Shown here piece by piece: positions 38,720-50,774 of a DNA stretch of 64,000 bases. The DNA comes from Chloroflexi bacterium AL-N1 (GTDB taxonomy: Bacteria > Chloroflexota > Chloroflexia > Chloroflexales > Roseiflexaceae). The notes under the pieces are model-generated. The model saw only the letters and a program-made list of their open reading frames with translations, was not told the DNA's origin and did no database searches. Every line of letters begins with the position of its first letter. Positions within the stretch are counted from its first letter, which is position 1. Where the stretch lies: NCBI GenBank assembly GCA_013122435.1, contig WYDT01000025.1, forward strand, positions 6,535-70,534. The letters are read 5' to 3'. A program made the translations under genes and the position numbers.

Positions 38720-39364
38720 TTGTTGATTATTATGCCATCACATCAAGATTACAAAATCAAACTACAGGTACTACAGTCAGAACGCCTGCGTCGAGATCAT
38801 GGCGATCTGGCTTCTGAACGCCAGTACGAAGAAATTTCAACTTTCTTCTTCGAGGAAATGTATGGACCACGTGACTTTAGTAACCGTGATGAACAAGCCC
38901 ATCGTTTACGCCAATTTGTGCACATAGCACCTGGTTTGGGTGTTCGTGATGTTGAGCAGATCCTCGATCTGCTTGAAATGACGAAGAAGTTGGATGATTC
39001 CGTGGTTGCCGAACTGATCGCATTGAATGCACCACTCGACTACGATGAAGAATTGTATGAACAAGCTTATCGTCTCGCCGATAACTATGATGAGCGAGTT
39101 GAGCAACTCGATTTGATACGTGGCTCACTCAATAATGTCTATCGACTTGCCAAAAATCCGGTCTTAAAAATCGTACTCCATCGCACTGCCGGATTGGCAC
39201 AGGTAGCTGGTATGGCCGATATCCATCGATTCTTACTAAACGGCTATCAAGCTATTCAGCCTGTTAAAGACATTCATCGCTTCATCGAGACCATCGTTAT
39301 TCGAGAACGGGTGCGGCTTGATCGCATTTATGAAGTAAAACGACCGGCCAGGAAAACTGCCTGA
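38720..39364 (+). CDS. Hypothetical protein
   Basis: 214-aa ORF, acidic and helical, with no recognisable motif. The AT-rich upstream region suggests its own promoter. Confidence 0.4.
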   Translation: MLIIMPSHQDYKIKLQVLQSERLRRDHGDLASERQYEEISTFFFEEMYGPRDFSNRDEQAHRLRQFVHIAPGLGVRDVEQILDLLEMTKKLDDSVVAELIALNAPLDYDEELYEQAYRLADNYDERVEQLDLIRGSLNNVYRLAKNPVLKIVLHRTAGLAQVAGMADIHRFLLNGYQAIQPVKDIHRFIETIVIRERVRLDRIYEVKRPARKTA

Positions 39365-39370
39365 TCGCTG

Positions 39371-39402
39371 AGGAGTGGCGGTGCTTTGTTCTTTCCACTC
39401 CT
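39371..39402. terminator. Hairpin between convergent genes (38720-39364 + and gmd -): AGGAGTGG/CCACTCCT 8-bp stem
   Basis: Inverted repeat at 39371-39378 and 39395-39402 with a U-rich loop. Weak flanking T-tract. Confidence 0.3.
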
Positions 39403-39414
39403 TTCGTGAGTGTG

Positions 39415-40395
<981 letters not shown>

Positions 40396-40947
40396 TTATC
40401 CATATAATGTAACGCGGACACGAAGCATCAGCGGTATATGATCATACCGCAATATCTGCCATGTGTCTGCTAAGTAGGTTAGCTAGGGCATGTGTACATT
40501 CATGCGACAATCAGCATATGATACCACAAACTCTGCTATTACTCATGTGCTTCATTACCCATGGATTTAGTCTCTTTACACACAGATCCATCTCCATAGT
40601 AACAAACGATCTTTGTTGGTCAATAACAGCATATTTTTACTACCATAGGTCGTGATATAGGAGATAGACAGTACGCTGGTACGTGGTACAATAAAATGTA
40701 GCAGATATACTATGAGCAATATAACGGCTCACAAAGAATAAGAATCGTTAATGGATACAACGTTTCACATGATTGCCCACTCCTTCCCAGAAACGTTTAT
40801 TGTTACTTAACTGTAATCGGTATTCATATCTGACACACTATTTAACAACTAATCACAATAACCTCAATCTTATAAATCTATCCATGAGCATAAAATATAG
40901 CTCATAAGTACAGAACAGAACAAATTCAAACATAAGGTGGTATTACC

Positions 40948-41307
40948 ATGATGTCGGAACAAGCTTCGACAGATACACTTATTGATATTCTTGATGCCGC
41001 TCAGAATGCGACGCAGTTCATTCAGGGCATGACCTTTGATACGTTTGCCGCTGATGAAAAAACCGTCTATGCTGTTGTGCACGCCCTGGAACTGCTTGGC
41101 AGAACAACCCACGATATCCCACAGGCTGTACAAGAGCGCTACTTTAATGTACCCTGGAAGACCTTTGCTGAGTTGCCCCGCACATTGACCGCTAATTACA
41201 TGCGCGGACATCTGGCCTCGATTTGGAAACTTACATCAGAAGAACTGCCTTCGCTGATACCGATATTTCGGCTAATGGTTGAAGATGCTCGCGTACGCAC
41301 CCCATAA
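40948..41307 (+). CDS. HepT-like (DUF86) nucleotidyltransferase-substrate-binding family protein, apparently solo and with a degenerate Rx4HxY motif
   Basis: AVVHALELLGRT...NVPWKTFAELPRTLTANYMRGHLASIWKLTSEELPSL matches the DUF86 consensus (ElIGEA..ipW..i.glRN.liHeY...iW...LP.L). The catalytic His position reads Asn (RTLTANY). No MntA-like gene on either side. Confidence 0.5.
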   Translation: MMSEQASTDTLIDILDAAQNATQFIQGMTFDTFAADEKTVYAVVHALELLGRTTHDIPQAVQERYFNVPWKTFAELPRTLTANYMRGHLASIWKLTSEELPSLIPIFRLMVEDARVRTP

Positions 41308-41533
41308 TGCGTGAAACAGCGATAGAGTCTGTGCATCCACACTATACCCTTCCTGCATACATAGTAGCTAGATAGTGGTACAATGCAGCACGCATATTTG
41401 CAATGCAAAGACTGAAAGTGAATTTCTTGTCTGCTTTGTATAGTGATGTGGCAGCTATGATGCTACTCCGTTCGTAATTCTAGCTGTCTCTTACAAAATG
41501 TAAATGAACTATTGTGCATGATTGGTTTTTATT

Positions 41534-43669
41534 ATGAGTTATGCCCAACGTATTGCCACTCAATTCAACATCCAACCAGAAAAAGTCGCAGCAACCATTA
41601 CCCTACTCGACGATGGCAACACATTGCCCTTTATCGCACGTTATCGCAAGGAAAGAACAGGCGGCCTTGATGAGGAGCAAATTCGTCAGATTAGCTCCAT
41701 GTTAGAAAGCCTGCGTGCGCTCGACGAACGGCGCGAAACCATCATTGCATCGATTGAAGAGCAAGGCAAGCTAACGACTGAATTGCATCAACAACTCCTC
41801 GCCGCCGAAACACGTACCGCTCTTGAGGATCTCTATCAACCTTATAAGCCGAAACGACGCACCCGTGCCAGTATCGCCCGCGAGAAAGGGTTACAACCAC
41901 TGGCCGAACTTATCCTTGAGCAACCACATACACGTCAAAATCCAGAACAGCTTGCAGAGGCGTTTGTGAACGAAGAGGTACCAAGCCTTGACGAGGCACT
42001 CGCTGGGGCTCGCGATATTGTCGCCGAGACTATCAGCGACCATCCCGATGTACGGCGTGTCACCCGTGAAAAGGCACTCCAATGGGCTGTGCTGAACAGC
42101 GAAAAGAGCGACAAAGCAGAAGATCCACGTAGTGTCTATCAGACCTATTATGAGTTTGAAGGACTGGTGAATCGACTACGCCCACATCAGGTGTTGGCCC
42201 TCAACCGTGGTGAGGCCGAAAACGTGCTGCGGATCAACATCACCGTGCAGGAACGCGATTGGCGGGGTGCCATTGCGACAGTCTTCCGCGCCAATCCGCG
42301 TTCACCTCTGGCCGAACAACTGCAGTTGGCTATCACAGATTCTGCGGAGCGCCTGCTGCTCCCTGCTATCGAACGTGACGTGCGCCGTACCCTAACTGAA
42401 ACTGCCGAGGAACACGCTATTGATGTCTTTGCCTCCAATCTGCGTGCGCTCCTTAACCAACCACCGATGGCTGGCAATACAGTGATGGGGATCGATCCTG
42501 GCTTTCGTACCGGCTGCAAAGTGATCGTGGCTGATCCAACTGGGAAGGTACTTACAATCAGCACTATCTATCCGCACGAGCCACAAAAACGCCGTAGCGA
42601 AGCATTGCAGACATTAGCCAATCTTATTGACCAACATAATGTTACTCTGATTGCGATTGGGAACGGTACGGCTTCTCGTGAGACTGAACAGCTGGTGGCA
42701 GAATTAACTCGGAAGTTAGCTGCCGTGCATTACTTAATTGTCAATGAAGCGGGAGCAAGTGTCTACAGCGCCAGTCCACTCGCACGGGCTGAACTCCCGG
42801 ATATGGATGTGAGCATACGGGGTGCCGTATCGATTGCGCGACGTGTGCAGGACCCCCTCGCGGAGTTGGTCAAGATTGACCCACAATCGATTGGTGTGGG
42901 GCTCTACCAACACGACGTTGATCAACCTCGTCTGACCTATGCGCTGGCCAGCGTAGTGGAAAGTGTGGTCAACAATGTAGGTGTAGATGTGAATACCGCA
43001 TCACCGGCACTCCTGACTTACGTTGCTGGTATCGGTCCCAAACTTTCTGAGCGTATTGTGGCCTATCGTGATGAGCATGGCCCCTTCCCTAATCGCAAGG
43101 CATTGAAAAAAGTTTCTGGTCTTGGACCAAAAGCCTTTGAACAGTCGGCAGGGTTCCTACGTATTCGAGAAGGTGATACGCCTCTTGATAGTAGCGCTAT
43201 TCACCCTGAGAGTTATGCTGTAGCAGAGAAAGTGCTTACCCATGCCAAAATAACGCTTCAGATGTCGACCGATGAACGACAGACATCTTTACACACTTTA
43301 CAACAAAATCATTCTATCGATGAATTAGCAACGACATTGGGAACCGGTGTTCCCACACTCACCGACATTTTTGAGCAACTCATCAGACCGGGGCGCGACC
43401 CGCGTGAGGATCTGCCGACGCCGATTCTCCGTAGCGATATCCTATCACTCGAAGATCTCCAACCTGGCTTACGGCTGAATGGCACCGTCCGCAATGTCGT
43501 CGATTTTGGCGCGTTTGTGGATATTGGTGTCAAACAGGATGGTCTCCTGCATCGGAGTCAGATGCCACGTGGCACGGTGGTTAATGTAGGTGATGTCATT
43601 GAGATAGAGATTATCAAAGTGGAAGCTGAACGGGGGCGCATCGCACTGGGCTGGCCGAATCAGAGCTAG
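41534..43669 (+). CDS. tex: Transcription accessory protein Tex (S1 RNA-binding domain protein)
   Basis: N-terminal Tex HTH (QPEKVAATITLLDDGNTLPFIARYRKE). YqgF/RNaseH-like core, HhH, C-terminal S1 domain (GTVRNVVDFGAFVDIG...GLLH). 712 aa. Confidence 0.85.
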   Translation: MSYAQRIATQFNIQPEKVAATITLLDDGNTLPFIARYRKERTGGLDEEQIRQISSMLESLRALDERRETIIASIEEQGKLTTELHQQLLAAETRTALEDLYQPYKPKRRTRASIAREKGLQPLAELILEQPHTRQNPEQLAEAFVNEEVPSLDEALAGARDIVAETISDHPDVRRVTREKALQWAVLNSEKSDKAEDPRSVYQTYYEFEGLVNRLRPHQVLALNRGEAENVLRINITVQERDWRGAIATVFRANPRSPLAEQLQLAITDSAERLLLPAIERDVRRTLTETAEEHAIDVFASNLRALLNQPPMAGNTVMGIDPGFRTGCKVIVADPTGKVLTISTIYPHEPQKRRSEALQTLANLIDQHNVTLIAIGNGTASRETEQLVAELTRKLAAVHYLIVNEAGASVYSASPLARAELPDMDVSIRGAVSIARRVQDPLAELVKIDPQSIGVGLYQHDVDQPRLTYALASVVESVVNNVGVDVNTASPALLTYVAGIGPKLSERIVAYRDEHGPFPNRKALKKVSGLGPKAFEQSAGFLRIREGDTPLDSSAIHPESYAVAEKVLTHAKITLQMSTDERQTSLHTLQQNHSIDELATTLGTGVPTLTDIFEQLIRPGRDPREDLPTPILRSDILSLEDLQPGLRLNGTVRNVVDFGAFVDIGVKQDGLLHRSQMPRGTVVNVGDVIEIEIIKVEAERGRIALGWPNQS

Positions 43670-43781
43670 CAGCTTAACTACCGGAAGGACAATACTTCAC
43701 TTCCGGTAACAACAATACAATCACCACATAAAACCCCACACAATGAGCGGAGAGCTCACGTATGGGGCATGTTTATCAGCT

Positions 43782-44123
43782 TTATACCATATCGTCGAAT
43801 TCAAGCTCGGCAAAAACCTGTCTTGCTTCTTCGGCCTGTGAGGCTGGCACGTAAAGCTGAACGACAGCTAATGGCCCCATTATTAAACCATAAACTTTAC
43901 CAGCAGCCTCAGATTGAAGGTAGACCGTCAGCCCGGCATCCTCAAGATAGGTTCGAGCAATTTCAGCACGGAGTGGGCCCTCTACAGATCCAATACAAAC
44001 AGGACCCATATCATCACCGCCAGTTGTCTCTTGTGTATCCGTATCAGCTTCCGTAGTCCGCTTACGGCGTAAACCAGGCCAGGAAAGAATTGAACCGAAC
44101 ACGGTTACCTCCATATCCTGCAT
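43782..44123 (-). CDS. Hypothetical small protein (DUF2007-like putative signal-transduction fold)
   Basis: 113 aa. Weak resemblance to DUF2007 small proteins. Low certainty. Confidence 0.35.
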   Translation of the reverse strand: MQDMEVTVFGSILSWPGLRRKRTTEADTDTQETTGGDDMGPVCIGSVEGPLRAEIARTYLEDAGLTVYLQSEAAGKVYGLIMGPLAVVQLYVPASQAEEARQVFAELEFDDMV

Positions 44124-44162
44124 AAAATAACTGTGTCTTTACAGATACGTAGTGTATGTACC

Positions 44163-45128
44163 TTAGGATGCTGGAGCCGGTTCTTCACGTCTTCCAAACC
44201 AACGTTGCCATTCTTGGTGCTCCCAGATAACCAACAATTGGGCTGCGTTGAAGATTGATGAATACGTCCCACTGATCAGGCCAATCATCAAAATCAGCAC
44301 AAAGTTAAAGATCGTTTCGCCACCAAAGAGTAACAACGCCGTGAGCGTAAATAATGTGGTCAACTGAGTGTTCACCGAGCGCGGGATGGTTTGCACAATG
44401 CTCCGATTGACGATATCATCAAATTCCTCTTCGGGTTGGCGCGCAATCAAATTTTCGCGGATACGGTCAAACACCACAATGGTATCGTGTACCGAGAAGC
44501 TGATAATCGTCAACAGTGCGGTAAGGAAGAGCGCATCGACCTCAAGACCGATGGTAAGACCAAGTATGGCTGCCACACCCATCACTAGAACAACATCGTG
44601 GAGCATCGCCAGAATAGCACAAATACCGTAGCGAACCGGATGTGGTGCACGACGAAAGGCGATAGTAAGATAAATGAGAATAACCAGACAAGCACCAGCA
44701 ACTGCTATAAATGCGCTACGGGTCGAGTCCTGACTCACGGTTGGACCAACACTGCGGATGGACTCCCGCTGGACTTCACCATACTCTGCAGCAAGTGCAG
44801 CAACCAACTGCTGTTGCTGATCGGTAGCAGTCTGTTCATCAAGCGAAGGTGTACGAACCAGTGCCCTTGGAATCTCCTGCTCACCGATAGTCACACTACT
44901 CAACTGGACCAGTGCACTTTCAAAACCCTGTACTGCAAAGATATTAGCAATCTCGCTGGTACTTAACTCATCGCTCGTACGCTCAAGAAACTGAATATCC
45001 CACAGAGTACCTCCCGCAAAATCAATCCCGGGACGTAAACCAAAGATAGCAAGGCATATCAGTCCTGGAATGATCAAAGCAGCTGACAGGGCAATCCACC
45101 AATAGCGCCAGCGAACCAAATTTTCCAT
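44163..45128 (-). CDS. secF: Protein translocase subunit SecF
   Basis: Six TM helices. Conserved SecF segments (DFAGGT, HDVVLVMGV, VFDRIREN). Immediately downstream of secD. Confidence 0.85.
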   Translation of the reverse strand: MENLVRWRYWWIALSAALIIPGLICLAIFGLRPGIDFAGGTLWDIQFLERTSDELSTSEIANIFAVQGFESALVQLSSVTIGEQEIPRALVRTPSLDEQTATDQQQQLVAALAAEYGEVQRESIRSVGPTVSQDSTRSAFIAVAGACLVILIYLTIAFRRAPHPVRYGICAILAMLHDVVLVMGVAAILGLTIGLEVDALFLTALLTIISFSVHDTIVVFDRIRENLIARQPEEEFDDIVNRSIVQTIPRSVNTQLTTLFTLTALLLFGGETIFNFVLILMIGLISGTYSSIFNAAQLLVIWEHQEWQRWFGRREEPAPAS

Positions 45129-45189
45129 CGAAGTATGCTCCTCTGTTTATGCGTTAGCCCTCATACATAATGTCCCATGTGCCACACAA

Positions 45190-46710
45190 CTATGCGGTAA
45201 CTGCTCCACGTTCTCCTCGTTTCTTGCGGTCAAGTTCCAGACCAGGGGCTTCCTCAACACCATACATCCACGGTGAGTGGGCAAAACCGAAGGGTACGAT
45301 CAAACGTAAGAAGGTACGTGTAATTGTTACCGCGGTAAAGAGACTGATGAGAATTCCAATACCTAGTGTCAATGCAAAACCCTGAATAATACTCACACCA
45401 AAGCTATTACCAAACAGGAAGAGAATAGCACTCGTAATAAGGGTCGCCACACTTGAGTCACGAATGGCAGGCCATGATTCTTTAACCCCATTTTCGACAG
45501 CTACACGCAACTTTTTCCCGTGCCGCAACTCTTCCTTCAGACGGCCAAAGATTAACACATTGGCATCAACCGCCACACCAATCGAAAGAATAAAGCCAGC
45601 AATACCAGGGAGCGTCAGGGTAACCGGGACAAGTTTATAGAACGCAAAGACCAATGCGGTATAGATAAGGAGCGCAATCGTGGCCAGAACACCAGGTAGA
45701 CGATAGTAGAGGATCATGAAGAGCACCACGACTATAAGACCAAGAATACCAGCAACCACACTCGCAGCGACGGAATCATCGCCGAGTGAGGCTGACACCG
45801 TACTATTGGACTCAATGACCAGGCCGATTGGCAAAGCACCGAATTTGAGCTGATTAAAGATACGTTCAGCGTCCTCCTGTGTATTGGTCGTAATCTCTCC
45901 AGCACCATCAAGTAATGGGCTGTCTATACGAGGACAGCTTGTTACTTCGTTATCGATGACAATACACATGGGGTTGCCCACATTATTTCTGGTAAATTCG
46001 GCCAGACGCGTGGCCGACTCGCCACGGAAGGCAAAGCTTACACCAAATGGGCTGTTCAAACTACCTTGTTGAGCCCCGAAACGTGGCTGAACAGACGTTA
46101 GGTCAAGGTCTGAGCCAACCGTGATACTCTCATAGATCGGGCCTTCTGCTTCCACGGGCAGTTGCCCATCGCCAGCAGGTGTCGCTGTATCCGTAACTGG
46201 CTCTGTATCAGTGATAGGCTCTGTATCGGTCAAGGTCGCCGTATCAGTCGGCGTGGTAGGCAGGAGTGCAGCAGGATTGGGATGTGTAGAAGTTCGTACA
46301 ACCGCACCTGGCGGTAATGCCTGGCCCTGCGTGTCAATAAACTCCAGACTTCCGGTGCCACGCAAGATATTAATGGCTTCCTCTGGATTTGTCACACCGG
46401 GGAGTTCGACAATAATACGATCCTCGCCCGATTGTTGTACCACGGATTCACTAACACCTAAGCCATTTACACGCCGATTGATCACCCCAACGACAGCCTC
46501 CATCTGCTCTTCCGTCGGTGGCTCCTCTGTTCGTAGTAGCACCTGTGTACCACCCTGAAGATCCAACCCGAGACGAGTCGTCACATCACGGCCAAGCCAG
46601 AACTGTCGTGCTTCATTATCAATCATTTCAACCGGGGCAAAATTAATCCACAACGACAATCCAGTTAGTACTGTCACCAAAATAAGCAGCAATATTTCTC
46701 GAGTACGCAC
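45190..46710 (-). CDS. secD: Protein translocase subunit SecD (with a T/D/P-rich repeat insertion in the periplasmic domain)
   Basis: LGLDLQGGT motif. 12-TM SecDF architecture. Insertion PTTPTDTATLTDTEPITDTEPVTDTATPAGDG. Confidence 0.85.
   Translation of the reverse strand: MRTREILLLILVTVLTGLSLWINFAPVEMIDNEARQFWLGRDVTTRLGLDLQGGTQVLLRTEEPPTEEQMEAVVGVINRRVNGLGVSESVVQQSGEDRIIVELPGVTNPEEAINILRGTGSLEFIDTQGQALPPGAVVRTSTHPNPAALLPTTPTDTATLTDTEPITDTEPVTDTATPAGDGQLPVEAEGPIYESITVGSDLDLTSVQPRFGAQQGSLNSPFGVSFAFRGESATRLAEFTRNNVGNPMCIVIDNEVTSCPRIDSPLLDGAGEITTNTQEDAERIFNQLKFGALPIGLVIESNSTVSASLGDDSVAASVVAGILGLIVVVLFMILYYRLPGVLATIALLIYTALVFAFYKLVPVTLTLPGIAGFILSIGVAVDANVLIFGRLKEELRHGKKLRVAVENGVKESWPAIRDSSVATLITSAILFLFGNSFGVSIIQGFALTLGIGILISLFTAVTITRTFLRLIVPFGFAHSPWMYGVEEAPGLELDRKKRGERGAVTA
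46140..46260 (-). repeat. Short imperfect tandem DNA repeats (GGCTCTGTATC(A/G)GT-like) encoding the TDTEP low-complexity linker of SecD
   Basis: Direct repeats visible in the sequence at 46195-46245. Confidence 0.4.
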
Positions 46711-46898
46711 GTCCTGTGTTCTCCACGCTCGGTACAGCTATATTGTTATACCAAAGCTTAATACTATCAGTTAGCGGCTGCATTATAGGCTTGTCAGCAG
46801 CACCTGTCAATGTCGTAACAACCATTAACCTGAGAAACGGTTCACAGAATAATGCAAGCGCCCATATCTCGGGCGCTTGGGCATCCTTGTACTGATAA

Positions 46899-47639
46899 CT
46901 ATTCGCTCGGTGCTTCGGTCTCACCTGATCCATCAGCTGTATCTGATTCGCCTTCAGTATCAGCAGCAGCCAGTGCCGCATCAATAGCTGCAACTAACCC
47001 ATCAGAGTTATATTGCTGACCGTTAATGACGAAGGTGGGAGTAGCTGGAATCTCGGCTGAACGCGCAGCTTGCTCCGCACCTAAAATCTCGGGAAGGTGC
47101 TGATCCTCTTCCAAACACTGTTGAAACTGGTCCGTATTCAATCCAAGTTGCTGGGCATACAGAGTAAACTGGCCATCCGGTTCCGGTAGTCGTGACCATT
47201 GTTGTTGATTTTGAAACAACAGGTCGTGCATGGGCCAGAATGACTCCTGATCTGCGGCACACCGACCGGCCTCTGCTGCAAGTACACCATTTGGACCAGT
47301 TACCGGATATTCGTGATACACAAAATGAACCTGGCCTGTTTCAATATACTGTTGTTCAATCTGTGGTCCTAATCCCAGTGCATAAGCGGCACAACCGCCA
47401 CACCCAAAATCAGAATACTTGACCACCGTGACAGGTGCATCCGGATCACCTTTTGACTCAAATTGATCAAGCGACGTCATCGCTACTGGTTCGGCAGTCT
47501 GGCCTCCGGTAGCACGGAGCAGCAGTCCTACAACGACAACACCTACCACAGCGACCACACCGATGATGATATAGAAAGGCATCATCGAATTCTTTTTGGC
47601 TTCGACTGTGCGTCCACGTCTTTGCGCCCGAGTACTCAT
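46899..47639 (-). CDS. DsbA-like thioredoxin-fold thiol:disulfide oxidoreductase, membrane-anchored
   Basis: N-terminal TM helix. Active site CGGC inside the thioredoxin fold (VVKYSDFGCGGCAAY). Conserved cis-Pro region. Confidence 0.7.
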   Translation of the reverse strand: MSTRAQRRGRTVEAKKNSMMPFYIIIGVVAVVGVVVVGLLLRATGGQTAEPVAMTSLDQFESKGDPDAPVTVVKYSDFGCGGCAAYALGLGPQIEQQYIETGQVHFVYHEYPVTGPNGVLAAEAGRCAADQESFWPMHDLLFQNQQQWSRLPEPDGQFTLYAQQLGLNTDQFQQCLEEDQHLPEILGAEQAARSAEIPATPTFVINGQQYNSDGLVAAIDAALAAADTEGESDTADGSGETEAPSE

Positions 47640-47885
47640 AATTTACCTCCACAAAAGCTTTCTGTGAAGCTACCCGAGTCGGAGTAGCAGACGCGAGCAG
47701 CCAGTAACAATAATGCTTACATTTAACGTTAGCCATTATACAGAGGAGAGGCAAGTTGCGTCAATGATGTCATTTACATTCTCTGTTAAAAAACCATTAG
47801 AGAGGGTGATAAGTCTTAAACATAATCAGGGCTGTGTTATACTTCTGACAATATTCACATTGATAAAATAAGTTATAGGTACATT

Positions 47886-48848
47886 ATGAACTATCGCCGA
47901 TTAGGCCGTACCGGTCTGCAGGTTTCGCCGCTTTGTCTTGGAACAATGCAGTTTGGCTGGACTGCCGATGAAGTAACGTCTTTTGCCGTGATGGATGCTT
48001 TTGTAGAGCAGGGCGGCAATTTTATTGATACAGCAGATATATACTCACGTTGGGTGGAAGGGAATGCTGGTGGTGTTTCCGAAGAAATTATCGGTCGCTG
48101 GATGCAACAGCACAACAATCGGCGCAACATCGTGCTGGCCACTAAAGCACGCGGTCGCATGTGGGATGGACCCAATGGTGAAGGACTCAACCGTGCTCAC
48201 ATTATGCAAGCCTGTGATGACAGCCTGCGTCGGCTGCAAACGGATTATATTGACCTGTACCAAACCCACGCCTATGATGCGAACACGCCTATCGAAGAGA
48301 CTCTTGATGCACTCAACGATCTGGTTCGTGCAGGCAAAGTACGCTATATTGGCTGCTCCAATTACCCGGCCTGGCGACTCGCCCTGGCACTGGGCGCGAG
48401 CGAACGACAACACTTTGCTCGTTATGAATCGCTCCAACCGCACTACAATCTGGCTAACCGTGCCGAGTTTGAACGCGAACTGGAACCTCTTTGCCTGGAT
48501 CAAGGAGTGGGCGTTATTCCCTATAGCCCACTGGCAGGTGGCTTTCTCACCGGGAAATATCGACGAGATCAAGACCTTCCTGAAAGCGTGCGTTCAAGCG
48601 GCATTCAAGAACGTTATTTCAATGAGCAGGGATGGAATACGGTTGATGCATTGGTAACGGTCGCAAAGGACCTCGATACCGAGCCCACCCAGGTGGCGCT
48701 GGCTTGGCTGCTCTCACGGCCCAACATTACCGCCCCCATTATTGGTGCTAACTCAACCGAACAACTCAACACCAGCCTCGCGGCAATCAACGTAAAGCTG
48801 AGCGATGAACAGATACAGCAATTAGAAAAAGCCAGTGCGTGGAGCTGA
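47886..48848 (+). CDS. Aldo/keto reductase family oxidoreductase
   Basis: [24 protein letters not shown]; FIDTADIY; catalytic tetrad D..Y..K..H; 320 aa. Confidence 0.85.
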   Translation: MNYRRLGRTGLQVSPLCLGTMQFGWTADEVTSFAVMDAFVEQGGNFIDTADIYSRWVEGNAGGVSEEIIGRWMQQHNNRRNIVLATKARGRMWDGPNGEGLNRAHIMQACDDSLRRLQTDYIDLYQTHAYDANTPIEETLDALNDLVRAGKVRYIGCSNYPAWRLALALGASERQHFARYESLQPHYNLANRAEFERELEPLCLDQGVGVIPYSPLAGGFLTGKYRRDQDLPESVRSSGIQERYFNEQGWNTVDALVTVAKDLDTEPTQVALAWLLSRPNITAPIIGANSTEQLNTSLAAINVKLSDEQIQQLEKASAWS

Positions 48849-48995
48849 TAGCAGATAAACAATGTAGTCTAGGCAGAATTGGTTTTATATAGAGATGTAA
48901 TAATCCATAACTACCATCCTTAATTAATTTTGAAGAAATGAGGATGGTGCTGTTCTTATTCAATTACACGACATCAACTGAATGGTTTATCAACG

Positions 48996-49832
48996 ATGAT
49001 TAACGATCCTTTTAAGCACGTTCCAGGGTTGGAACGTATCAATCTTACAATAGTAGATCCATCAGATAAGATGCGTCTATTGAATACCAAATTTCCATCT
49101 GCACTCACCAAACATCCCTTGAGTGGCAGACCTGATACTGGTAGCGTACTACCCGACTTAGCAGATCTGCTTGTACACCTTACTACTGGACCCGCACCTG
49201 AACATGTGTACCAGTTATTTCCTAAACCTTTCTCGGAATATGTACGCATCTTTCCACGTATCCAGTTTGTTAACCATAAAGAGCTGCACATATCACGATG
49301 GGATCAGCTTATACAAGATGTCGGAATAGAACTTTCCCCGGCAACCAGTGCAGTCAATCAACTTCTTAAAGCCATAAACAATGCCTTCAGAGCACGTAAC
49401 CAGAACACACGTGTAGGTTATTCCTCCCAAGGGGGCTTTCAGGGGTTATGTATTGGAACACTTGATCCGTTAACCACTGCTGCTTTGTCTCATGTGCTGC
49501 AACAAGTACATCCACATCCTCGACAAACGTACTTTGTCTTTCGTGGCAATAGTGCCCTTGGTCCTGACTCCATACTGGCCTATCGTGGAGGTGCTGCACT
49601 CTTTGCACAGCTTTGTCCAGATCAGTCATCAAGTTTAGAAACACCCGCTATGTGGTGGGCTGAAGATTGGAGGTGGTGTTTGACTATGACACAAGATGCA
49701 CCAACAGCGTATCTGGGAGGATCATCTGAGGTCATTCATGCCATACTCAACGATACTTCTATTGAGGCATACAAAGTTTCTCATACAGATATTGTTGATG
49801 CCATCTTTAACATAGATAACGAAGATATTTAA
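48996..49832 (+). CDS. Hypothetical protein
   Basis: 278-aa ORF with no recognisable motif. Trp-rich segment AMWWAEDWRWC. Confidence 0.4.
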   Translation: MINDPFKHVPGLERINLTIVDPSDKMRLLNTKFPSALTKHPLSGRPDTGSVLPDLADLLVHLTTGPAPEHVYQLFPKPFSEYVRIFPRIQFVNHKELHISRWDQLIQDVGIELSPATSAVNQLLKAINNAFRARNQNTRVGYSSQGGFQGLCIGTLDPLTTAALSHVLQQVHPHPRQTYFVFRGNSALGPDSILAYRGGAALFAQLCPDQSSSLETPAMWWAEDWRWCLTMTQDAPTAYLGGSSEVIHAILNDTSIEAYKVSHTDIVDAIFNIDNEDI

Positions 49833-49897
49833 TAGAAAGTGTCATCAGAATAAGTCAGCACGTGGCGTTTTGCAGAAATCGCACAACTCGTCTCCGC

Positions 49898-50746
49898 TTA
49901 TGACATCCAGACACGCTGGCCAAGTCCCCATTTAATCAGAAGCAACACCGCAAATGAAACGACCAGTAAAATAACGGCCAGGGTCAATGCAACATTAAAA
50001 TCTAACTCAAACCCGAGATAGATCGCCAGTGGCATGGTCTGGGTACGTCCGGGGAAGTTGCCCGCAAAAATAATCGTTGCACCAAACTCACCCAGCGCAC
50101 GGGCCCATGTCATAACCAGCCCACTCAAAAGCCCCACACTCGCCAGAGGCAGCGTCACATAGCGAAACACCAGCAATGGGGAAGCACCATCGATAGCTGC
50201 GGCAGCCTCCAGATCGACATCAATACGCATAAAACTTGCCGTAGCTGCCTTGATATAAAACGGTGCTGCGACAAACGTCTGAGCCAGCACCACGGCCAAT
50301 GGCGTAAAAGGAATTTCAATCCCCCACTGTCGTAGATAACTCCCAATCCATCCATCGCGTCCAAATGTCACCAGCAAGGCAATCCCGGCAACTGCCGGTG
50401 GTAAAACCATCGGCAGGTCGATCAGTGTATCCAGAATAGCACGACCACGAAAACGCCAGCGAGCGAGGACATAGGCCAGTGGTGTACCAACAATCAACGT
50501 CATCAGCGTCGAAATACCTGTGGTTCGCAGACTAAGCTCGATCGCCTGGAGGGTCTCATGTTCTAAAGCATGTGTCGTCAGAAGATTCGGAGATACATGC
50601 CACACCAATGCCAGTAATGGCGTGAGGAAAAAAAGAAATGCAGGTAACGCCACCACGGCCAAGAGCCCGCGCTGCCGCCATCGATACCACGAACGCCAAT
50701 TGCTCATCTGATTTTGCTCTGAGCGATGAAGCGGGGTCTTCGCCAT
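49898..50746 (-). CDS. modB: Molybdate ABC transporter permease
   Basis: EFGATIIFAGNFPGRTQTMPLAIY matches the ModB signature EFGATITFVSNIPGETRTIP. Six TM helices. Confidence 0.8.
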   Translation of the reverse strand: MAKTPLHRSEQNQMSNWRSWYRWRQRGLLAVVALPAFLFFLTPLLALVWHVSPNLLTTHALEHETLQAIELSLRTTGISTLMTLIVGTPLAYVLARWRFRGRAILDTLIDLPMVLPPAVAGIALLVTFGRDGWIGSYLRQWGIEIPFTPLAVVLAQTFVAAPFYIKAATASFMRIDVDLEAAAAIDGASPLLVFRYVTLPLASVGLLSGLVMTWARALGEFGATIIFAGNFPGRTQTMPLAIYLGFELDFNVALTLAVILLVVSFAVLLLIKWGLGQRVWMS

Positions 50747-50774
50747 ATGTGTTCCATCTGTCTATCATGGTGTT

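Noticed and set aside
43680-43707. Inverted repeat ACCGGAAG...CTTCCGGT after tex, considered as a terminator
   Set aside because: The 8-bp stem is real, but there is no U-tract on either strand, so it is not listed as a feature. It might still be a protein-binding site.
48025-48657. 210-aa plus-strand ORF and 175-aa minus-strand ORF overlapping the aldo/keto reductase gene
   Set aside because: They are alternative-frame or antisense ORFs within a gene whose own frame carries the full conserved AKR motifs. Spurious.
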